A DNA stretch of 64,000 nucleotides, taken from a virus. The stretch covers positions 1 to 64,000 of the IMG/VR virus record IMGVR_UViG_3300038318_000232. One strand, given 5' to 3'. The position numbers and the translations under genes are program-made. Below the pieces are notes generated by a model. The model was given only the letters and a program-made list of their open reading frames with translations. It had not been told where the DNA came from and ran no database searches. Positions 54,402-61,839 of this stretch are shown piece by piece. Positions within the stretch are counted from its first letter, which is position 1. Each line of letters begins with the position of its first letter.

Positions 54402-54503
54402 CTATCCATGAATAGCAATAGCGATACATAGGATGCCAATAATAGTCGATAAAATAAATAAAATGTTTATCAGTTTTTCTGTTTCCTCAAAATCATCCTT
54501 CAC
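54402..54503 (-). CDS. hydrophobic micro-ORF (33 aa)
   Basis: GGAGGGCG SD before GTG; ILFILSTIIGILCIAIAI. Confidence 0.3.
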   Translation of the reverse strand: MKDDFEETEKLINILFILSTIIGILCIAIAIHG

Positions 54504-54515
54504 GGCTACGCCCTC

Positions 54516-54587
54516 CTAACCCTGTATTTCCTCAACACTGAGCCAATAGTCGCCTTCTGAATACATGCCGCCGCCGCCATCAAACAT
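54516..54587 (-). CDS. micro-ORF (23 aa)
   Basis: GGAGGGATAACT before ATG. Confidence 0.25.
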   Translation of the reverse strand: MFDGGGGMYSEGDYWLSVEEIQG

Positions 54588-54589
54588 AG

Positions 54590-54814
54590 TTATCCCTCCT
54601 TTAAACCTGCCCTTTCATCGGCTAGATATTGGGCTTCCTTGTCACGAATGCCCATAAGCCAGAACCGGTTTTTGGTACGGCGAACCCAAACGCCTTTTGA
54701 TAAATAGTAGAGATAAGCCGTTTTTGTGATTTGTTTCAGGTTTAGTCCCTCCTTATTTCCACCGAACGAAATAGCGAAATCCTTGTTTTCAAATGAGGGG
54801 GATTTTGTAAACAT
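54590..54814 (-). CDS. hypothetical small protein (start uncertain)
   Basis: Its 3' end supplies the SD of the next ORF; the first in-frame ATG abuts tRNA-Trp. Confidence 0.3.
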   Translation of the reverse strand: MFTKSPSFENKDFAISFGGNKEGLNLKQITKTAYLYYLSKGVWVRRTKNRFWLMGIRDKEAQYLADERAGLKEG

Positions 54815-54888
54815 GGCACCGGCCAAAAGAATTGAACTTCTACCCTCAGTTTTGGAGACTGAAATGCTACCAATTACACCAGACCGGC
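54814..54888 (-). tRNA. tRNA-Trp (anticodon CCA)
   Basis: Cloverleaf by hand: anticodon arm TCAGT-CTCCAAA-ACTGA, T loop TTCAATT, encoded CCA. Confidence 0.85.
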
Positions 54889-54891
54889 ACA

Positions 54892-54965
54892 TGGTTAGGA
54901 GGGAAAGAATCGAACTTTCGCATTGCGGGTCAAAGCCGCATGTTCTACCACTGAACTACCTCCCA
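54892..54965 (-). tRNA. tRNA-Gln (anticodon TTG)
   Basis: Acceptor TGGGAGG/CCTCCTA (U1-A72), anticodon arm TGCGG-CTTTGAC-CCGCA, T arm GAAAG-TTCGATT-CTTTC, encoded CCA. Confidence 0.9.
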
Positions 54966-54966
54966 A

Positions 54967-55042
54967 TGGAGCCGAGTGGAGGAATCGAACCTCCTTATGC
55001 TCCCTTACAAGGGGAGTGACCACGCCAATGGACCAACCCGGC
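54967..55042 (-). tRNA. tRNA-Thr (anticodon TGT)
   Basis: Acceptor GCCGGGT/ACTCGGC, anticodon arm CTCCC-CTTGTAA-GGGAG, T arm GGAGG-TTCGATT-CCTCC, encoded CCA. Confidence 0.9.
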
Positions 55043-55466
55043 ACAAATACCGTTGATACAGTTCAACGGCAAAAACTTCTGTACGCTTTCTACTATGAGT
55101 AGAAGCCATCACAATATCAAAGCCCTGCCCCTCCTGCTAAATGACAAAGGGACAGGGCCGATTACCGCGCGGGGCCTGCACATGAGCAAGCCCACATCCC
55201 CGTAATTTCGCCGACTCCCGGATAGCGGGACGGTTACTCTGTGCGGGGAAATTAGATTCGCAACCTCAAGGCCGATGCTTTCCTCCCAGGTGCGTAGGCG
55301 GTTCCCTCAATGCCTTGCGCTTAACCCTGCCACTATACAGTGACCATCGGTGCGCACCCTCTCTTGGTTGCTATGCTGGCACCGCTTACACGCTGCCGTT
55401 ACTCCTTCTGCGCTTGGCAGATGAGCTATGGAGTCAAGTCTTCCGAGGAAGTACCTGCTACCGAAA
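55043..55466 (-). ncRNA. candidate large structured RNA (class unknown) directly 5' of the tRNA array
   Basis: 424 nt without an SD-preceded ORF, visibly GC-richer than flanks, many stable local hairpins (e.g. 55122-55158, 55172-55193, 55211-55233, 55085-55106, 55050-55069). Confidence 0.45.
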
Positions 55467-55958
55467 CTACGGAAACTGCTCAATTGGGGCAATAAACTTT
55501 AAGCTATCTTTGCTCCAATAAACCATGCCAGATTTACCCCAATTGGGGCTTTGATGGTTTTCGTTTTTTCGCAAAAACTCTAAAGCATTGCCAAACAATC
55601 CAGCAGGAGAATTGGCAGGAGAATCCTTTGCTTGCCCACCTTTATGCAAAAACATTAACCACACCGGCCATGGAGTACAATCGTCAACCCGGCAATAATG
55701 CCCATAATGCTTTAAGTCTATACCGGTTGTCCATCTTTGCGTATTACGATGCCAGGTAAAGGCCGTTTTATGCTTGGCTTCAATCCAAAAACACTTTTCC
55801 ATCTTAAAAACCAGCATGTCAGGTGCTATTAATTGTTCTTCCGGGGTATACAATTGCGGCCCTTTCCCGGAATCAATCTCTATCTCGTAAACAGGAAGGA
55901 CATTGTAGCCCTTCCCAATAAAATACTGCGCTATTTTGCTTTCGCCAATTTTACCCAC
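55467..55958 (-). CDS. PD-(D/E)xK superfamily nuclease
   Basis: GESKIAQYF..., APDMLVF and FWIEAKHK (D...ExK) motifs; GTG 55958, 22 nt after the methyltransferase stop. Confidence 0.65.
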   Translation of the reverse strand: MGKIGESKIAQYFIGKGYNVLPVYEIEIDSGKGPQLYTPEEQLIAPDMLVFKMEKCFWIEAKHKTAFTWHRNTQRWTTGIDLKHYGHYCRVDDCTPWPVWLMFLHKGGQAKDSPANSPAGLFGNALEFLRKNENHQSPNWGKSGMVYWSKDSLKFIAPIEQFP

Positions 55959-55980
55959 TCGAAGCGTTTCTCGAAAAGCA

Positions 55981-57252
55981 CTACTCACCGAGAATCGCCC
56001 CCCAGCCGAACTGCATAAAGCAGGATAGGAACTTATCAGGGTTTTCTCCAAAATAAACAACTGCCTGCCCCTGCAAAGGCGCTCCAATAGAGCCACCGGG
56101 AGTATAGAATTTAACCCGGCCTTTCGGAAACACAATTGCACTTGCTTGGCCAATAAGGGTATTAAACCAAGCGGTTTCTGTGGCATTATTCACCAAAACA
56201 ATCGCTTCCTGAATATCACCAGTCGCAAAATAATTAACCAGTTTATCACAGAACAAAGGAATTAACTCCCCCGCATATGGGGGATTCATCCAAACGCGGC
56301 CAGTCCAATCTTGTTCTAATCCGTTGTCCTCTATAGTAAATATCTGCTTCGCGCCTACTACCCTATTAGCAACTTCACTGCTGGCCGGATCTAAATCTAT
56401 ATCACCCATTACCTCCTTGGCCGCTTCTATATACGGCGAAGGTGTATACCATTCGTTGTTACCGGAATTATAGGCAACATGCGGGGTTTTCTTCTCTATG
56501 GCTTCCTTAACCGTTTTTGATTCACCGGTTGCCACTTCCTGAATAACTTGCCGCTGTACTTCGGGTTCGGCCTTCGCTAGTTCCAAAGTATCCTTCTTAG
56601 TCACCGGAATCTCATGGTTAAGAATTTGCTGTTTTACTTGGGGTGTAGTGTTTTGAGTTATAGTGTCCACGGCCCTAGTGAATTCAGCATCATTTTTGAT
56701 GGTTCGAGGAGAAACATTGTGCTGCTCAGCCAATCTTTCAGCCGTTTTAGGTTGGGTGCAATTTTTGCCTTCAACCTCGCTAAATTGGTTTATCCCTTGC
56801 TCATTAGGAATTTTCTTTTTTTCTCTCTCGTATTGCAAACCCCGAAGATAACTTTGATTCGCCGGAGTTAAATTACGTCGGCCCAATTGGTTATTTATTA
56901 TCCAGTCAATTACCTCGTCGCGGCTATCAAAATCCATCTCTATTGTTTTAAATTCAATGCCATGATCTTGGCAAATGTCATATCGGTTATGTCCATCAAT
57001 CAAAATGTGTATTTCTTCCATGGGATAAATTCCATAACCGCACTTAGGGCACTCCCAATTGCCGCCTGGTCCGAACTCAACTGCAACATCTTCGCAACAA
57101 TCACGACAATACCCAGTATCATACATTATGGGTTGCGCCCAAACTACTAGCGCATCTCGGCACCCTTCCGCAACAATGTTTTTCTCTAACTGCTCATACT
57201 CATCCACTGCCAACCGGGGAATGAGATTCCTGAACTCCTGATCAATAATCAT
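55981..57252 (-). CDS. ParB-like nuclease domain fused to phage-type DNA N6-adenine methyltransferase
   Basis: ParB box ILIDGHNRY with an inserted zinc ribbon; C-terminal VWMNPPYAGE (NPPY) methyltransferase domain. Confidence 0.85.
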   Translation of the reverse strand: MIIDQEFRNLIPRLAVDEYEQLEKNIVAEGCRDALVVWAQPIMYDTGYCRDCCEDVAVEFGPGGNWECPKCGYGIYPMEEIHILIDGHNRYDICQDHGIEFKTIEMDFDSRDEVIDWIINNQLGRRNLTPANQSYLRGLQYEREKKKIPNEQGINQFSEVEGKNCTQPKTAERLAEQHNVSPRTIKNDAEFTRAVDTITQNTTPQVKQQILNHEIPVTKKDTLELAKAEPEVQRQVIQEVATGESKTVKEAIEKKTPHVAYNSGNNEWYTPSPYIEAAKEVMGDIDLDPASSEVANRVVGAKQIFTIEDNGLEQDWTGRVWMNPPYAGELIPLFCDKLVNYFATGDIQEAIVLVNNATETAWFNTLIGQASAIVFPKGRVKFYTPGGSIGAPLQGQAVVYFGENPDKFLSCFMQFGWGAILGE

Positions 57253-57397
57253 CAATACCATCCTTTCGTATTGGTCAATCCACGATAAATGCCCGGAACA
57301 GAAGGCAGGATTTACCTCTTTTCGGCTTGCAATCACCTATTTCCGGGCATGAAAAAAGCCGCTCCCGAAAGAACGGCCTTTATCACCTTATTTATTT

Positions 57398-58003
57398 TTA
57401 TGATTCGTCAGATTTTGAAAATGCTATCCTTACCCACTCGGGAACATATTTCTCCATTTCTTCATGGAACAGTTCGTATAAGTTCCCGGATAACCTTGGA
57501 CCTTTAAAATAATATAAGGGGTTCACATAATACTGAAGTTCTATCTTTTCCCCAAAAGGGACAGGGATGCATTTTATGACTGTATACTTCTGCATTCGCC
57601 TTACAAACAACTCTGATTGCTTTGGATTTAGGTCTACCAACCGGCCTATGCCATCAATATCATATGGCTTAATCCGACCAAAACCACGATACCCTAGCAT
57701 GTTTGTGTCGCCCCACATGTGCTTTGACAGCGTGGCCATCCTTCCCCTGTCAATCATCGACATTGCTTCTGGAAAGGGAATGTCAAAGAAAGATTTAACT
57801 CCATCCCTTGAACGCCACAAGTAGCCTTTGGCAGGATCGAACTTTGAGGCTACAAACTGCTGCTTCTTGTGTTGCCTAAAAACCTCTCCTGTATTTGGAT
57901 CAAATTCCCTTGTCAAGACTTCTTTACAAATCTTATTCATGTTGTTTTGTTTGCCCAATTGCCACACCTCTCTTTTCTTCGGCATTTGAGCCGCTTTTCC
58001 CAT
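57398..58003 (-). CDS. hypothetical protein (201 aa), first gene of the late/minus arm
   Basis: Long ORF with ATG start; no motif recognised. Confidence 0.55.
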   Translation of the reverse strand: MGKAAQMPKKREVWQLGKQNNMNKICKEVLTREFDPNTGEVFRQHKKQQFVASKFDPAKGYLWRSRDGVKSFFDIPFPEAMSMIDRGRMATLSKHMWGDTNMLGYRGFGRIKPYDIDGIGRLVDLNPKQSELFVRRMQKYTVIKCIPVPFGEKIELQYYVNPLYYFKGPRLSGNLYELFHEEMEKYVPEWVRIAFSKSDES

Positions 58004-58125
58004 TTATTTCTAGTAATCCATGTTTTTTGCCATCAAAGTACCAATACCAAAGGATTCTTCTCTCAAAACATGTAATTCTGCATATTAGACTTAATTAGTA
58101 GAACTACATGATTTTGATTTCAGCA

Positions 58126-58155
58126 AAACAAAAAGCCCCGGTTTTTCTCCGGAGC
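58126..58155 (-). terminator. intrinsic terminator upstream of the first late-arm gene
   Basis: Minus strand GCTCCGG-AGAAAAA-CCGGGGC followed by TTTTTGTTTT. Confidence 0.6.
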
Positions 58156-58386
58156 TAATTTTGCTTATATTTTCCTCGCGCCTGAGCGCCTTGCCTGTCG
58201 TCCCCCCTATAATATAGCACATGAACTTATATGGGAATCTACTATAATTCTCTAAAAATACCTCAAAAGTCTACTATTTTTCACCACCCTATATTTTTGC
58301 CCACCTTTTCCGCTAAGTTTTTATTGAAAGCCCATGTGTGAGAGTAATTTTTGTGAGGGGAGTCTCTCCCGCCCGCGCTGTCTGAT

Positions 58387-58395
58387 CCCCCCCCC
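58387..58395. repeat. poly-C homopolymer (9 nt) in the ORF-free control region
   Basis: Counted directly. Confidence 0.9.
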
Positions 58396-58817
58396 TACCC
58401 CTGGCCGAAAACAAAAGGCACTTGGCGCCGACTGCGAACGGCCCACCAGGCAGTCAAAGAAGGAGCAAAAGCGCAAAACCTATGCCAATATGAGCATCAA
58501 AACTGGAAATTAAACAGCGAATATACAAAAGGCCTGCGTAAACAAGCTTGCAAAGCAAATATAATACCTAAAATACATATTAAAGGTACTATATATGAGC
58601 CTGCTATAATCAACCAGACAAAAGCCCGATATATTGGGCTATACTATATAATAAGGGCTGACGTATGGCATCACCTTGACCCATGTCAGTCGCCGGCCTC
58701 TCTCTCGCTTATTAAGGAGCTCCGTTCGACCGGCTCATATGGCTCTATGCCCGGTGTATTGGGTGTGCACAACCTTGTGCTCATCCCTAAGTAACTGAGC
58801 CTGCCGTCTGCTCTTCC

Positions 58818-58832
58818 ATAACCTTTAGTTAT
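58818..58832. promoter_or_regulatory. palindromic operator-like site ATAAC-N5-GTTAT (copy 1)
   Basis: ATAACctttaGTTAT. Confidence 0.5.
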
Positions 58833-58853
58833 ACTTCCCAATTCCTTATCAAC

Positions 58854-58870
58854 TATAACCATTGGTTATA
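58854..58870. promoter_or_regulatory. palindromic operator-like site TATAAC-N5-GTTATA (copy 2)
   Basis: TATAACcattgGTTATA. Confidence 0.55.
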
Positions 58871-58955
58871 ACACAACAGTCTTATTAATCTATTACATTT
58901 TGTAATAATATGCACTGCATGATTACAGTATAATGTATTGTTATATAACGCTTAC

Positions 58956-58972
58956 TATAACTTATAGTTATA
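58956..58972. promoter_or_regulatory. palindromic operator-like site TATAAC-N5-GTTATA (copy 3)
   Basis: TATAACttataGTTATA; an inverted version GTTATATAAC lies at 58940-58949 next to TATAAT 58929-58934. Confidence 0.55.
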
Positions 58973-59345
58973 CATTAACATTAATGAATAGCCATAGCAT
59001 AGGCTGTCTGCCTGGTAGTGGGCACCTGGCACACTGGCCAACATGGTCTATGATAGTAGGCTGCTCCTACCCTATCCAGCATCAGGTTGTTAGGTCGCGG
59101 CGTGGTATGGTATCTATAGGGCATAGTCTCGTGGCGCTCCGCTACTACAAGCTTGGTTCTCCCGCTAATCGGCGTGCTATATTGGGTTATGATAGATACA
59201 TTTGAGCGCGATTAAAAAAAGAAAGAAAATATATAAAAGAAAGAAGAAGGATAGGCGGCTCTTGTGCTCAAGGCAGGGTGTTTGTATGTTGCTTGCCCGG
59301 TTACTACCTACCATGATATACTGGCAATGAAAGGGAGTGAATAAC

Positions 59346-59546
59346 ATGCCCAATAAACCCAAAGAAGGATTGCAGACCATCCACATACGAATAGAACCGG
59401 AATTAAAAGACCGGCTGCTTGATGTGATAGATAGATACAATATAGGTCTACCCAAAGAGGATCATATTACCCAGGCTGATATAATCCGGGAGGGAATGGA
59501 AAGAGAGATCAAGCGAATAAAACGTAAGCTCAAGCAGGCAGAATAA
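59346..59546 (+). CDS. ribbon-helix-helix (CopG/Arc-like) protein, first gene of the right + strand arm
   Basis: AAAGGGAG SD; LQTIHIRIEPELKDRLLDVIDRY beta-strand/helix pattern. Confidence 0.6.
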   Translation: MPNKPKEGLQTIHIRIEPELKDRLLDVIDRYNIGLPKEDHITQADIIREGMEREIKRIKRKLKQAE

Positions 59547-59559
59547 AGGTAGTAACCTA

Positions 59560-59595
59560 AACCGGCTCCAATAAAGAAAGGGCCGGTTATTTTAT
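59560..59595 (+). terminator. terminator-like hairpin after the RHH gene
   Basis: AACCGGC...GCCGGTT followed by ATTTTATT. Confidence 0.4.
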
Positions 59596-59629
59596 TGCAA
59601 ATTTATTTTAAAATATAATACCTTTTTAC

Positions 59630-59659
59630 TTGCACGGTATGTAGTAACCATGCTATAAT
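59630..59659 (+). promoter_or_regulatory. sigma-A-type promoter candidate
   Basis: TTGCAC - 18 nt - TGcTATAAT. Confidence 0.5.
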
Positions 59660-59692
59660 TAGTTATAAGCAAAACACAAGGAGGCGGCACCC

Positions 59693-59830
59693 GATGAACC
59701 AAGAATACGACCGCATAATCACTAAGCTCAAAGAGGCCCGGGCAACTGGCGACCTCAAGGCAGAGCGCAGGTGGAAAAACAAGCTCAGCAAGTGGCAACA
59801 GGCATATGGGGCTTACGCTCCAGTTAGGTA
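59693..59830 (+). CDS. small basic protein (45 aa)
   Basis: AAGGAGG 8 nt upstream of ATG. Confidence 0.45.
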
Positions 59831-59881
59831 GGATTTAAGCAACAAACGGCGAATCTGGAAAAGAAAAGGGAGGAATAAAAA

Positions 59882-60040
59882 ATGTTGACATTAAAAATTT
59901 ACGACATCGAAAACGGGGACCTGGAAAACAATTTGATTTTGGTCAACGAGATTAACGGCGAAACCAACGAGGAATGTGAAGCTAAGGCAGAGGAGCTATA
60001 TTGGGACACAGATAAGTATGCCTGGTCCTATGCAGACTAG
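59882..60040 (+). CDS. small acidic protein (52 aa)
   Basis: GGGAGGAATAAAAAATG. Confidence 0.45.
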   Translation: MLTLKIYDIENGDLENNLILVNEINGETNEECEAKAEELYWDTDKYAWSYAD

Positions 60041-60395
60041 GGTGGACGTTAAGCTCTGTAAAAAATGCGGAAACACCTATCCCGCAACAATTGATTTTTT
60101 TCCGCGAAACCGGTTTAAAAATTTTGTCTCACCATGTCGTATTTGCAGGCGAGAGTACAACAAAAAATACTATTCAGACCCCGACAAAAGGGCAAAGCAC
60201 ATCCAAGATACAATAGACTGGCAGCGTAAAAATCGTGAAAAATACAACGCGAGGCTATCAAAATATCGAATAAAAAACAAGACTAAACTTGCTAACTACA
60301 ACCGGAAGTATATGGGAAAATGGCGTAAACTCCACCCAAATAAAGTCAAAGAAATTAATAAAAGATATTACGAAAAACGAAAAGGGAGGAATTAA
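60030..60395 (+). CDS. zinc-ribbon protein with Lys/Arg/Tyr-rich repeats (start uncertain)
   Basis: CKKCGN...CRICRREYNKKYY; AT-rich. Confidence 0.5.
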   Translation: MQTRVDVKLCKKCGNTYPATIDFFPRNRFKNFVSPCRICRREYNKKYYSDPDKRAKHIQDTIDWQRKNREKYNARLSKYRIKNKTKLANYNRKYMGKWRKLHPNKVKEINKRYYEKRKGRN

Positions 60396-60397
60396 GA

Positions 60398-60610
60398 ATG
60401 AATGAAACACTAGAAAAGGCCAAACAAATCGTAATCGTATCAGGCGAAGGCGAAAACGGGACAGTCGAGGAATACGAAGGGACCAAAACAGAGCGGGCTA
60501 TTTGCGCCAGGCTAATCAAAGAGGAATCCAATGGTGACAGATGGGCCTTTGCCCGGGTTGACGGCATCAGATACGACCGGGACGGCTACAGCCTGATACC
60601 GCGCTACTAA
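60398..60610 (+). CDS. hypothetical protein (70 aa)
   Basis: GGGAGGAATTAAGAATG. Confidence 0.55.
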   Translation: MNETLEKAKQIVIVSGEGENGTVEEYEGTKTERAICARLIKEESNGDRWAFARVDGIRYDRDGYSLIPRY

Positions 60611-60657
60611 CACTGGGAATACCGGATAGACCGGGATTTTGAAAGGTGGAGATTGGA

Positions 60658-60927
60658 ATGAAAATTACTGAAATTGAACTTTGGAAAAAAATTGTAGAAG
60701 TTGAGGAAACAGCGCTAAATTTGTCTCACGGGTATGTGGGGCTTACGCCTGACCTAGATATTTGGACATACTCATCCGAGCCAAATCCCAACTCCTGTCT
60801 GTGTGGGCTATTCGGTGACCAAACCAAAGCAAGGGACACCGAGTGGAAAGAAATGACTTTTGGATACATTTTGGAGTGTATCCAATGCGGAGAATACCCC
60901 GATTTGAAAATCGTAAAAAATAGATAG
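60658..60927 (+). CDS. hypothetical protein (89 aa)
   Basis: GGTGGAGATTGGAATG. Confidence 0.55.
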   Translation: MKITEIELWKKIVEVEETALNLSHGYVGLTPDLDIWTYSSEPNPNSCLCGLFGDQTKARDTEWKEMTFGYILECIQCGEYPDLKIVKNR

Positions 60928-61058
60928 CTTCCCTGCTTTCCGGGCATTGAGAAGTGCCCGGGCGGGAGGGAAAGCCTCAGCAGCAGTCAAAATATCCCAA
61001 GACTAAGGCCTCAGTAAGATCAAAAATAGTCCGGGCAACCGGGAGAGGTGGTGAAAGG

Positions 61059-61274
61059 ATGAATTTTGAACACAGCAATAGGGATGTATATATGAGTTGC
61101 GGACATTTCCAGAACATGGACATGATGACAACCGGAAAAGAACTGACACTTGATTTGAGCTACTACGCTAGACAGGGGCTTTGCAAAGAATGCTGGGCAA
61201 AACTTCGCCAGCGCAGAGCCGAAGAAAGACAGCGCACTAAAGCGGAAAAGCCCCAGCCTGCCGGCCGGAGCTAA
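61059..61274 (+). CDS. hypothetical protein (71 aa)
   Basis: GAGAGGTGGTGAAAGGATG. Confidence 0.5.
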   Translation: MNFEHSNRDVYMSCGHFQNMDMMTTGKELTLDLSYYARQGLCKECWAKLRQRRAEERQRTKAEKPQPAGRS

Positions 61275-61377
61275 TCCAGAGTACAAGTCCGGGGACCTGT
61301 AGCCCTCGCAAGCTCAGTTTACCCCGGACCTCAGTAGGAGTCAAGTTTAGGACAGACAGAGGAAAGGGGTTTTGTTT

Positions 61378-61638
61378 ATGTTAGAAGAATTCAAAGTGTT
61401 TGAAAACCTAATCGATCACAGTCTCAGAGATCAAAACGCCACTATAACCGGCTGCGAACTTGGAGAGCATTTCGGCAGTACAACCGTAAAGGTGTTTTAT
61501 ACCCTATCCGATGAATGCGCCCAAAGAGAAGGCTTTATCCACAAAGACCGCATAATGGAAATCGTTTTAAAGCGTGGCTCAGTAAACGAGGGTTTGCCCA
61601 TTATGAGTTATGCTAATCCGGGAGGTGCGCAACAATGA
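61378..61638 (+). CDS. hypothetical protein (86 aa)
   Basis: GAGGAAAGGGG SD. Confidence 0.55.
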   Translation: MLEEFKVFENLIDHSLRDQNATITGCELGEHFGSTTVKVFYTLSDECAQREGFIHKDRIMEIVLKRGSVNEGLPIMSYANPGGAQQ

Positions 61639-61838
61639 CCATTTTAACCGCAAGACCATATATTTTTAACCGCGAAACCCTAAAAATCGAACTGCATTTT
61701 GAGAAAGCCGAATATGACGCCCTCAGCGAAGAACAAAGGCGGGAGCTGAAAAGCAATTTCCTGTGGAGCGGCCAGCCGCATGCCAATTTTTGCGAGATAG
61801 GCAGAGCCCTCGCCCTGGCCGAAGGGAGGCAGGATTAA
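61635..61838 (+). CDS. hypothetical protein (67 aa) ending in LAEGRQD
   Basis: ATGA coupling. Confidence 0.5.
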   Translation: MTILTARPYIFNRETLKIELHFEKAEYDALSEEQRRELKSNFLWSGQPHANFCEIGRALALAEGRQD

Positions 61839-61839
61839 T

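Noticed and set aside
54815-54892. N-terminal part of track ORF 54590..54892
   Set aside because: It overlaps tRNA-Trp on the same strand, so it cannot be coding.
55043-55466. Identification of the structured segment as RNase P RNA, tmRNA, a T-box leader or a cobalamin riboswitch
   Set aside because: By eye I found none of the defining boxes. These are the GAGGAAAGUCC and ACAGAA...GGCUUA boxes of RNase P, a tmRNA tag ORF with tRNA-like ends, the T-box GGGUGGNACCGCG sequence with a downstream aaRS gene, and the B12 box GCCACUG in the correct strand and context. The class remains unknown.
55959-56186. N-terminal 76 codons of track ORF 55467..56186
   Set aside because: This part lies entirely within the 3' end of the ParB-methyltransferase gene in another frame. 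The nuclease motifs start just after GTG 55958.
58933-59455. ORFs 58933..59205 (+) and 59177..59455 (-) in the control region
   Set aside because: They have no SDs, and their translations are dominated by the palindromic or AT-rich repeats. The region is better treated as non-coding regulatory DNA.
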